64,000 nucleotides of DNA, taken from positions 70,122,001 to 70,186,000 of the forward strand of contig OZ024742.1 in assembly GCA_964016885.1 (NCBI GenBank), read 5' to 3'. Each line of letters begins with the position of its first letter. Position 1 is the stretch's first letter. Origin of the DNA: Eledone cirrhosa (Eukaryota). The translations under genes were made by a program, and so were the position numbers. This document shows positions 40,338 through 53,194 of this stretch, in pieces. The notes below the pieces were generated by a model that made no database searches, had not been told where the DNA came from, and saw only the letters and a list, made by a program, of their open reading frames with translations.

Positions 40338-42080
40338 CATACATGCACACATACTCATGTGTGTGTGTATTGTGTATTTACTCGGTTTGAATCGTTAAGC
40401 CATGATTTGTACTTTTATAGTGAATACCATCAAGTTAATGGCCTGAACTGAAGGTTCTATCTGTTTGTAGAGGGAGAACTGCTGCATATGTAAACGGAAG
40501 AGTAGGGGGAAATGGAGGGTAGTGAGCAAAAAGAACATGACAATAAAATAAAAACGTTATAAAGAGGAAGAGAAGAGCTGAGAGAAATGATAAAAGCAAG
40601 TAACATGATGAAAGTTTTGGGAGGAAGAGGGAGCAACAAGTAGTGGGGGTCGATGTTGTCGGGAGCATTGGGGTGAAAGTTGTAGGGGCCACACTGAGCA
40701 CCCAGCATTTAGCAGCGTAATGGCGTTTAAATTTTACATTCGTTTGCTATTTTGTTTTATCAGCAGATGCTTATTGTCAAGAAATAGTGCGATAATATAT
40801 TGTTCGTAATGTAAGACCCGCTCCAAACCAACTTCTCTTAGGGAACCAGATACTCCTTCAGCTTCAGCTAAAATATGTATAAAGTGAGATAACGTTCTGT
40901 GTGTACACTGTTTAATAGATATATTATGTTACACATTTTAATGGCAGTGGAGTGGCAGAAACAGCAGTGTTGGATTAGATGCAATTAAACAAGGTTGTTC
41001 TATTGTCCTGATGTTGTAAATTCAAATTAAGTACTCCTCAAATATTAGAGTCGGCTCAATCTACCACACCCTATCCCATATAAAATGCCAATATGAGAAT
41101 TCATTCATTATTTTGGAGAGATTTGTAAGGCGATGGATTGGCAGAATGGTGAGAGACTCGGACAAATTACTTTCTGGTATTTAGACACATTCTGAGTTCA
41201 AATCCCATCATGATCAGTTTTTCCTTTTCATCTTTCTGTGATCGATGTAATCGACTGTCTCCTCCCAACAAATTTTTGGCTTTGTGCCTGAATTAGAAAT
41301 CTTTTTTTGAGAGAAATTCTAAAATGGTAAAGTAATGGTTTCTGATTTAGGCACAAGGCCAGCAATTTTGAGGGAGGAGGAAAGACGATTAAATCGAGCC
41401 CAGTGCGTAACTGGTACTTTATTTTATCGACCCCATAAGGATGGAAGGCAAAGCTAACTTTGGCGAGATTTGAACTCAGAAAGTAAAGGGATGTAACTCT
41501 GTCCCGCCAAGCAGAGTGTCCGACGCTCTACCGATACTGCCAATCCACCGCCCTAAAATTAGTAAAATAATAAAAACAATCGAGTTTCATACAGTTTCAA
41601 ATACAAGTAACAGCTTTGTTTTTCATGCTTCCAAAGCAAGGTTGGATTAGGGGAAACTGCTGCTTTATACACAGCTCAATAATGGTGTCTAGCGACGTTT
41701 CCATTGTTTAACTGATAAGGCAATAGTATATAACAACTGAAAGTGAAATAATACATTAAAAAGTCAGTTAACTTCTAAACCTGAACCTTGTTTAAATTTT
41801 AATTGTCTAAACTCTAAATAGCAGTAAACAATATAAGCAAATTATTTGCATATAACTAGGGAAAGAAGCGGGAAAATGCAAATTTTCATAAGAATTGTTA
41901 TTCATTTTCTTATATGCCACTGGAAAGGACTCTATGGTACAAACCTTCCACTGATACCTTTAGCGTGTGCTTATTTTGTTTCATCGTTATTGTGGTCCTG
42001 CTACAGAGGTTTTTCAATATAATTTCTTATTTTGTTACAAATTCGTAGCCTTGTGCAAATTTGGAACAAAAACATGTATT

Positions 42081-42250
42081 ATTATTTTCAGTAATGCACT
42101 GGTTAATTGCTGGCCTTGTGCCTAAAGTAGAAACAATTATTTTCAGTAATGCACTGGTTAATTGCTGGCCTTGTGCCTAAAGTAGAAACAATTATTTTCA
42201 GTAATGCACTGGTTAATTGCTGGCCTTGTGCCTAAAGTAGAAACAATTAT
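42081..42250 (+). repeat. Three tandem 55-bp copies of the SINE 3' end
   Basis: cagtaatgcactggttaattgctggccttgtgcctaaagtagaaacaattatttt starts at 42089, 42144 and 42199. Confidence 0.9.
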
Positions 42251-43712
42251 TTTTATTACAAATAAACCTGTGCCATCAATAATGATGGGAATAGCGTTGA
42301 ATGTATAATTGTTTCTACTTTTGGCACAAGACCAGCAATTAACCCAGTGTATTACTGGTACTTTATTTTATGGACCCCGTAAGGATAAAAGGTAAAGTTA
42401 ACCTCAGCGGGATTTGAACTCAGTACGTAAAGGGACGTAACTGTGCTGCAAAGCATGGCGTCCGACTCTCTACCGATACTGCCAATCAGCGTTCAGGATT
42501 GGTATGCCATATATACCAGAATTACCGGATTTATTAACAATCATACAAACTGAGAAATTTGTGTTTTGATAAATAGTTTGCATAAGAGAAGCCCTATAGC
42601 TTATGTTGATTAGAGATACGTGCATGTGATTAAAGACGAAAATGATACTTTGATCATTCATTTCTAGGATATAATTACATTGATATTCAGCATGTATGTA
42701 AAAATGACATACAGGATTACATGTATGAGTAACTTTGGAGAAATAATTATTTACAGGAGCAAATGTGGGGTTAGAACCCAGGAATTTGTTATTGGAATGT
42801 AAACTTCTTATTGTAGCAACATGTCTCGTATATGAACTGCATTATGTTCATGTTTGTGCGTAAATAACGACTATAATATACATATATGGACTGTTAAGAA
42901 TCGAACTATGTTGCTCTTGATGGTCGAGAAAACTTGTTAAAATGTTTTGTGTAGCAGGCAGAAATTGTGAGAAAGAAGGTTCTGCGAACTCATTGGTGTG
43001 TACATGCATATCAGTATATTAATATCATTATTGAGGGAGAAGGATTTGACAGACTCGATAATGTGGCATATTTAGTCCGTCAGCTGCTTTCATACTACTG
43101 CTTGGCTCTTAACTACCTTTATCAGAAGAGTTTATTCTACTACAAGTATTCGGGTCATATCGTAGTTCTGGGGATAATAACACCCTCCATTACTATCAAA
43201 GCTGCAACAAAAAAACATTAGCGTACCTTTTCAACCTCTCACTAAACCATAAAAAGTAAAAGAAAATAAATTGAGTCTCTTTACAATCTCGCCCAACTTT
43301 GTTTTCAGCTATTCAGAGTTGATGAAATAAAGAACCAGTCAAGTATTAGTCCTGGTAGACAACATGTTCTCAAAACAACTAGAACTATGCTTAAACTAGA
43401 AAATAATATCAACATTATATTGTTTGCAATAAAAGCGTAAACGTAAAGTGAGTACAGACGCACACAGTACACATACTAATACACTCATACTAGTACATAC
43501 ACTCACACAACACACAACATACACACACACATATATCTTCTTCTTCTTCTTGCTCGACGAGGCTGGGGTCATCCTAAGCCAGCGATCCCAATGCATCGTC
43601 GTGCGTAGAGCCGACCAGGTCCACCAGCTCCCTCCATAGCAGAGCCCTGAGGACCATAAAAAAACATCAGATGGGACTAACATGTTTTTATATATATATT
43701 ATATATATATAT

Positions 43713-44084
43713 GTATTGTTAATTTTGGGGAGGGCCATGTTGCCAATAAAGCACACACTATTTCATTTTCAATTCGGTTTTATTATTAGTTCGTTCTCTT
43801 ACGTAATTATCAAAGTTCTTTCGTCACACATTCTGGGATCTCAACAATAATTATTTGTTTTCTTCTTTGTCTCATCTTCTCTTTTTTCTGGTCTTATTTG
43901 ATGATGTAGCAGAATGTGAGACGAAAGAACTTTGTCAATTACTTAAGATAACGAACTAATAATAAAACAGAAGTGAAATTAATAGTGCATGTGTTTTTAT
44001 TGGCAACATGACCCTACACAAATATAGCAATACTTGTTTCAACTCATGATTTCATATCAAGAATTTTGCAAAACAAATTCACAC
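43713..44084 (+). mobile_element. Non-autonomous fold-back relative of the large PLE
   Basis: Arms 43713-43835 / 43910-44033. Ends and tail are colinear with 3564-3600 and 9495-9575. Degenerate hammerhead at 43898-43937. Confidence 0.8.
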
Positions 44085-44119
44085 ATATATATTTAGAAGT
44101 ATATATATATGTTGTTTTT

Positions 44120-44185
<66 letters not shown>

Positions 44186-44493
44186 AAATAAAAACAGAAG
44201 GCCGGACGGGAAATTTAGTTAACATTTTAATTCAACGAAAGCACTTTACATATTTCGATGGCCCAGCCTTGTCACCCGATCATGATTCAAGACATAGACG
44301 ATTTCATCAGGTGTTAATTGCAGCATTATCTCTGCAAGTCAATAGAATTACGTCGAAACCAAATGTACTTGAAATATCATAGAATTTCAAATATTCACTC
44401 ATTCGAATGAATACTCAACGTAGAATGTAGATTATATTTCCTAAGTTGAATAGTGGCAGTTCCTTCGAAGTTTCAACTTGGTCACTTCAGAGT

Positions 44494-44632
<139 letters not shown>

Positions 44633-46616
44633 CTATATATTTTATACACACGCGCACAGAAATTAAGAGTTCATTCCAATGAGAAATACAAAGCAGTAAA
44701 AAATACTAATTACCTTAGTAGAGTAGAAAACATATATACAATGCTACACATTTTACTAATTCGTTAACAGTGTTTTGTTGTGATGCTATGAAATACTATG
44801 GAATAAATCTATATTTTTTTCACCAACACTGGGTGGGTTGACAGATGAAAACAACTTAAGATCCCAATATATGTTTTCGGTCCTTATATTTGGATCTCAT
44901 CAGCGACTGAATGAGAAACAACCATGTTGTTTTAAACTATTGTAGAATATTTCTTTCTGCTATTAGTTTCATTTCAAGATGTTAAAGAATTATAGTTGGC
45001 TTTCTTAATTTAATATATAGCATGCTAAGTTTATTAAAATTGTTTTGTACTTTAACATATACTTCACCACAGCTTTTTCTCTATCATTTCCTTTCGATAG
45101 CTCTTTTGTCAAGTTATCGCTAATGTGTTGAGTGTGGCATTGAAAAGAGAAACATTGGTGTTTGATAAGGTATAATAAAACAATTTTGAGGGAACAACGC
45201 CAGGGAAGAAATTTGTGAAAAGTAAGAAGCCGGAAAGATTTTTATTTTAGGTTAAATGATAGCAGAGAAAGGGACGAAACTGCAACAGAAGGAAAGAATT
45301 TCAATAAGAATAATACAGTGTTTTGTTGTTTGTGGCATGAGAAGTTGTTTAATGCTTGTCACCAGAAAAAGTTCCCACATTATCAACATACTACCGAAGT
45401 TAATAACAAAAAATGATTGCCGAAAGTGAAAGAAAATACTTAGGGAGTGTATCACTATAGTGGGTAGCTTAAAGACCAAGCAGCATTGGATGTTCTGTTA
45501 TTGTATCAGTCGCATGGCTCCCATCTATGTACAGTCCCACTATCAAACCGACGTTACCAAAAACTAACTCTCCTCTGTTTGCATTCTGTTCCTTTAAAAT
45601 TGTTTCCCACCGACGAAGAGGTTAAAGAATAGATTTCCTTTCTTAAATCAGAGTTGCTTTTCAGGGAGAAAATTCACCAATTGTTGTGACATTGAAAATA
45701 TGAACACATATATAGCTCTCTCCGGGGGCCTCAATACCAATTTGGCACTCCCTGGATTGTTAAAAACCATTTGTTGTGACTATAATAATGGGAACTGCTT
45801 TCCCATAGAACACAGCGGATAGTTCAAATAGAGACAACCAAGCTGCCACGAATTAAACAATAAATAAATAAACTAGACGCCAAAGAACCCTCCATTGTTT
45901 TTTTTTGTTTTTTTTTATTTTGCATTTTGTTATTCTATTTATTTCCGCTGGCAACAAGAGACAAAACCATTCACTTTCCATGTTAATTTAATTCAATTTT
46001 ATTATTTCTTTACCTTCATAATAAAGTCCTTTCTTTTTCTTTTCTCTCAGAAGGCTTAAAAATACATACATGCATAAATGTCCACCCCTTTACGAAACAG
46101 TGGCCCTTGTTGTGAGTGTTACGTCTTATACGGTGTGAAAAAGCTCACTTGAAAAACCTGGCTTCTTAGAACTTTAATTCATTCCGTGTTTTATGATGAA
46201 AATACCATCCAGGAGCGACAGTTGTTTCGGCAACACCAATTTACACACACACACTCACACATACATACATACATACACACATATATGTATGCGTGTGTGT
46301 ATGTATATATATATGTATATATACACACATATATATATACATATATATACACATGTATATATATATGTATATATATATACATATACAGATATATATGCAT
46401 ATATATATACATATATATATATATACACATATGTATATATATACATATATACATATATATGCATATATGTATATATATATATATACATATATGTATATAT
46501 ATATACGTATATACATATATATATATATACATATATATACATACATATACATATATATATACATACATATATATATACATACATATATACATACATATAT
46601 ATACATATATATATAC

Positions 46617-46737
<121 letters not shown>

Positions 46738-47427
46738 CAATTTCTATATCTAACTTTCTCTTTCTCTCTCCCTCTCTCTCCTTTAGTCCGAACTAGCTCT
46801 TCAATACTGACAATCTATGAGTTACGCTAAAGAAGAGGAAATGTCGGCTGTTGCTCCGAGAGAAATAAAAGAAGCTATAGGGGTGGGGTTGGAATAGCAC
46901 GAAAGTAAAATGAAAAAAGGAAAGAAAAAGAAGAAAGAGAAATAATGGGAAAGTGGGCAGATTTCCAGTTGAGAACATATTGTTTTGAAGCAGAATAAAA
47001 AGATTAAAATAAAAGAAAAATCAGACGCAGGAGAACAATCTAAAAATTGCTACTAGAATATCAAGCATTTCTTTTTCTACTCCTTCTTCATCAACATCAT
47101 CATCATCAATATCAACATCGTTATCATCATCCCTCTTCTACAAATAATTTGCATTAATCAATGTGTAAAACTGGATGGAGAACAAATGTCTTCTTCTTCA
47201 TCTCGCTTTTATTCTCTCATCTGTCTTCCTTTTCACCCTAGCACTTTTGAGTATGTAAAAACAAACTCCGAGGGGAAAACGATACAAAGGCGGTAGTCCT
47301 AAAGCTAAGCAAAGAACAATAAAATCAGGAAGTAAAAATAACAATAAAATGGAAAAAGAATAAGGAAAATACCAAGGAAATATGACAAAGATCAGGCAGT
47401 ATAAACATGATGATGATAGATGACTAG

Positions 47428-47471
<44 letters not shown>

Positions 47472-50269
47472 GAGAGAGAAAAAGAGAGAGGGGGAAACAG
47501 AGAGATCTAAAATGGTTTAATACTCGCAGATTTAAGGTTGGTTGAAAAAATAAAGGGTTTCTTTTATTTACGTTTAATTCATAGAGTAGAAAGATTTGTT
47601 AAGATAAAAAGATTTTGAAATTATTTTTTATGGTATTTTTGGTATTACTTTTGTCGACCTGGTAATTGTCTTTTTAAGTGTTTGGACGCGAAGATTTCAG
47701 CTGATTTCTTTCTTTAATAAAATTAAAGTCTATGTCAATAACAAGATGAAAAGCTGTAAACGTAAAGTCCTCAGACACTTATAAATATTATTAAAACAAG
47801 ATTTTTAAAAAAAAACATGCTTGGAAGTTGTTTAATAGCTAAAAAAATAAATCATACACATCATTTGCATCAGAAAGCTTTGAGAAGGTTATAAAGTGTG
47901 TTATGGTTTTAAATGTAATTCGCTTTGAAGAGTTACAATTTTGCTTTCATAAATATTCTTTCAAATAAACGAAAGAAAAATATGTATTTAATAACAAATT
48001 TCCTTAATTTGATTCTCTTCGTCAGCGTTAACTACTAAACAGCAGATGTCTAGAGTAAAAAAATAAATAAATAAATAAAATGGGTGCTTAGAACAATTGT
48101 TTCTTGAATCGTATTACTAATAAAACACTAAACAATAAAGCACAAAGCTAATACATAGCAAAGGTCACGGTACAAAACTTTTGTTAAATTTATGATTTGT
48201 AATATGAACAAGAAGGAAGTGAAATGCCTTGTTTGTCCTTTGACAGGGCTAACAAAATCATTTGATAAACATATCAGATTCGTTAAAATTTACCAGTCAT
48301 TTACATAATCTGTGAGAAAAACTTGAAACTAACTTGTGGTCTTTCTTTTTCTTTATAATTGGAGATCTTTGGAAATTAGCAGAAAAAGAAAAGAATCACA
48401 TTTTTATTAGTTTTTTATTCCTTAAAGAAATTTCGTGTCTTTCTCTGAATTTTGTTTGCGAGCGGATTGTGTTATCTCAATTTTGGCTGGGATTAAATCC
48501 CACTGTTGATCGGTTATGTTTGGAAAGAGGGCAAGGTTAATCGTACAAAAAAAAAAGAGACCCAAGATAGAATACGATTCAATCTATGTCTGTATGTCCC
48601 CAACTCCAGGGGGCTGAGGGACAAGCTTCTCACGCCCCCTCGGTCTCGTGATCGGCAGGTGTCCGCAGCTGGGCCTCTGTGAAGTAGACAGTATACGCCA
48701 GACTTTAGTTTTTTTTTTTATTGAGTCGATCGGTCGGAGTGTGGACTTAGATAGGGTATGGAAGATATTAGTAGTCTATGTGTATTGGACTAATGTGTAA
48801 ACGTTTTGGGATATGAGAGTTTTCCCTTAATATCTAAGTGTATATTTGTGTTTATTTGTTTTTGTAATTTGTTAGTGTATGTTTGTGTGTATAACGAACT
48901 CTTCTCCTGCTCCTACACATGTGAAAGGTGATGGGGTGTATGTATATATGTGGTGAATGTGTGCGTTCTAAAAACGGCAGACGACGCTAACTGCACACTG
49001 CCACCCGCACCGATGCCAACTCGCCTCCGTCGTGACGAACACCCCGCTTTGTTATTTGTCTTAGTTTTCATCTGCTCCTCAAGTAGCAATAAATCATCTG
49101 TTAAGTTTGCATATTACATTTATTTTGTGTGCTCAACTTCAAAATCTTCTCCGGCATCGCCGCTTTGTCCAATCTTTCTCACCTGCGCCACATCTAGGGC
49201 CCACGTCAAACACAGCGTGTTTTGGAGACAATGAAGCTGATGCACACAGCTAAACTAACTTAGTTTTTATCTTTTATGTGGTCATAATTACAGAAAATAA
49301 TCACAAAATTACACGCAAAAAAACTTTTGAGAAATCTCTTCAACAATAGGTGTACAATCACACACCGGGACGATCCATCGCCTTACTTTCATGGACTTTT
49401 GCACAACAGGCAGACAGCTGCAAACTTTGAAAATGTCATGAGGGCAGATTGTACTTTTTCTTCATAACAACAAAACTTATAAAACAGCTTTTGGATAAGA
49501 AAAATACAATAAATAATAATCAATCACGCCTTTAAAGATATAATAGCGCAAAAAATCACCAACTCCAGGTGAAAGGAAATGTATATCCATTAAGTGAGAG
49601 TAGCCAAAATACGAGTTGAGTGTGTATGTTTATATTAATTCCTTTTGTTAACACTGACATAATGTGTAAATACATTTAAAGTTGAGTTTCATAGGAAGCA
49701 TCAACACATGTTTAACACATCTCCTAGTTTCTTGGGCTCCCACCACTCCGTTAAGTCGAAAAAGTCCGTTGGAGTTACCCACCCATCGCTGGCTGCTAAC
49801 TGCTACTGTCGTCGCCTGATGGCGCTTTCACTACTAAACAATGGAGTGAATGCGTCCATTTTGAAGTTTGGTTACCAACTGCGGGAAGGAAGATCGAACA
49901 ACACCAAACTTCAAGGCTCGCCAGAAAGCACTTATAATACATTCTTTCAACTTAATATTCTAATTTATTAATTATATTTCTTTGAAATATTTTTTTCGAA
50001 AAATACTGTTATTGCCGAATACAACATTTCGGCGTCTTTCTCTGTCGCTACACACCTCCGTCCGTACGGAGACTACGTCAACATAAGCTCTCTCGTTTTA
50101 CTTCGTCTATTTCTATATCGCATGTTTTCTTACATTTTATTTAATGCCGCTTATATTTATTAAACCTAGAGAACGTATTTCTTCATTTAAACTACGGTGG
50201 TAATCCTAAACTTTAATAAGAGTCAGTAAACGGAGCTGTAAAACAGCCGCGATGTACAAACTTTCAGCC

Positions 50270-50400
50270 CGTTTCTCCGTAAACCACGTGGATTTGGGTA
50301 TGCGACTGTTGTGCTGTTTTCGCGCCATATGACGTTGTTGAGCGTCAGTTTGGGTCAAAGGTTGAGTAACGGAGGCAATGTCGTCTGCTAGGTAAGATAG
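50270..50400 (+). promoter_or_regulatory. Possible promoter / short first exon
   Basis: Locally CpG-richer sequence with CCACGTGG (50284-50291), CGCCAT (50323), TGACGT (50330) and a consensus donor AG|GTAAGA at 50391/50392. No transcript evidence. Confidence 0.25.
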
Positions 50401-51360
50401 TTTAGTGGTGATTATCTCTCGACCTCAGTTTCCCACTTGGATGAGACATGGCACATATTTGATCTACAACTTCTTATTACAACTCTCAGTTCAGTAGCAA
50501 CCATCGCATATTTCTCTATCAGACGTCCACATATATTTGACCACTTTAAAACTACATATTGTTGGATGTATTTTGCTGACGACAGTTTGGTCAGCAAGCC
50601 CGAGGAGAAAACATTTACGATATTATCTATTAGTTTTATATTTTTCCGCTCGAACAGTGTCTTACTGCTTTCTTTATTACTAACTGATCGTTTATTTCAA
50701 GTAAGTGAACCAAGTCTTTTTTAACCAACAGGTTGTTTTTTCACAGCTGTTCAGTAAAATCTCTGAATCTCTCAATGTGCCAGGCAATGCAAATAGCTGG
50801 GCTTCAGCAGATATGTTTAACCCCATCACATATTAGCTTTCTTATTAACTTTTTTCTCCTCCCTGTATATTTATTATAATGACATATTCATCCGTGATTC
50901 CCTTTTGCATATCTTTCATCGAAATGACATCCACAAAAATCACTGATAATTTTGTATGAGTCGAATATCTTACATGATTAATACAACTTGTGTGACAGGC
51001 GAATTTTTTTTTCTTCTATCTAGCCTCGCCTTAATTTTCTCGTAGAATGTTTGATTTTTTTCTGGGTGCGTAAAATGAATTTAACTGAGAATTCTATTTT
51101 ATCATATTCATTTCTGCTTTCATAATAAATCTCACTCCATCTCGTCTGCTCGCGAGCATGGCGGAAACTTCCATAATATTTGTCTTCTCAGCTATCATCA
51201 TTTGACTTCTAAAATAAAATAGTTTTAATATAGAAAATAATATTTCACTGGAAATTGCAGTTCGATTACTAATAATTAACTTTTAATCTAATTTGAAGCT
51301 GTTCGTAGTATCTATATCTAAATATTTGGCACTCCCAAAGTATAACTCTCTCTCTCCCTC

Positions 51361-51401
<41 letters not shown>

Positions 51402-51458
51402 GAGAGGTATAGAGATTGTTTTAGCAAGAAGCTAACGGCATTCTATAACATATATGCG

Positions 51459-51498
<40 letters not shown>

Positions 51499-51551
51499 AT
51501 ATAACAGCATTTTATTGTATTGTTCTGTGTTAATTTTCCTTGTTGATTTCT

Positions 51552-51609
<58 letters not shown>

Positions 51610-51677
51610 TTTGCATTCATTATATATACATATATATATACTTACCTTTGCATTCATTATATATATACATATATATA

Positions 51678-51749
<72 letters not shown>

Positions 51750-52727
51750 GAATGAATGCAAATAACCAGGATAAAATTTTTTAATTGATTTATGAACTTT
51801 TCTATCAATACAGTAAGAAAATACATTTCCTCTATTGATTTCTTCAGAATCTATTAAACACAAATAACATAATTATTTACCAACTGCTTGTCCGAATGTC
51901 TCCATTCCGAAAACGTAAACAATTTTCTATAAAATCACATAAAATTACAGTTATATTAGTGTAGATGTTTTTATTCATAGTTGCACAAACAACATTATGT
52001 AATGTTGTTTGTTATATTAGTTATATGTTAAAATCTACAGGTTGTTGATGTTGTTTTAACTGATTCGATTTTATATATAAACTGTTGACTGGATGTTCAT
52101 CTTAAATAAAATTGCCGATTACATATTCGTTTTTATCACTTTAACACACTTCATCCCTTTCCACATCGCAATTAGACACACTTGTTGAATCATATTTTGG
52201 AAATATGATCATACATATATGTTTTGTGTGTGCGCGTGTATAAAATAATATAGGGAATTAAAAGCATGAAATTTTTATGGAATGTATACACACACAAGAT
52301 GAAGAAATATTGATGAAATCAGTAGTTCGGTGTTAAGATGAATTTTCAAAAATCTAAAAGTTTTAAAATTTTCAAAAATCACACCCTAACCCCTTTCAAT
52401 AGGAAAGAAAACGCGAGATAATGTAGTCCTAGATAACCGTGAAAATATGAGAGTCATGACTGCAAGGTCAGTTCGATTATATATAAAAAGACAGATATAT
52501 TTATATAGTTCGGTAAACTAATCGTGTTTACTAACTAGAGGAAAAGATACTCTACTTTTCATGCTACAGGAGTATGTTTGCAATGATCAGAATTCATATG
52601 TTTACACACGCATACATATGTAGTTCAAATGTACCCGGAGCTGATCGATATTGAAACAATTGTAATATGCAAATAAAGTTTGTACATATGCTGCAACACT
52701 GACTTCGATTCTTTTAAATCTCTCTCC

Positions 52728-52810
<83 letters not shown>

Positions 52811-52976
52811 TATATATAGATATTTAAATATATATATATATATATTTAAATATAGATATATATATATATTTAAATATATATATATAATATATATATTAAA
52901 ATAACATATATGCCAGCATGGCCTCAGCCGGATGGCTGAAACAGGTAAAAGAGTAAAAGAGTAAATATATTTAAAC

Positions 52977-53011
<35 letters not shown>

Positions 53012-53033
53012 AGTTAGGAACTCAAAATAGTCT

Positions 53034-53110
<77 letters not shown>

Positions 53111-53163
53111 ATATATCAATTTATAAATTTATATATCCCTCTAAATAGAGATTTTGGCTTAAG

Positions 53164-53194
<31 letters not shown>

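Noticed and set aside
42081-42250. CRISPR-like array
   Set aside because: Direct tandem copies with no unique spacers; the unit is a SINE 3' end, in a eukaryotic context.
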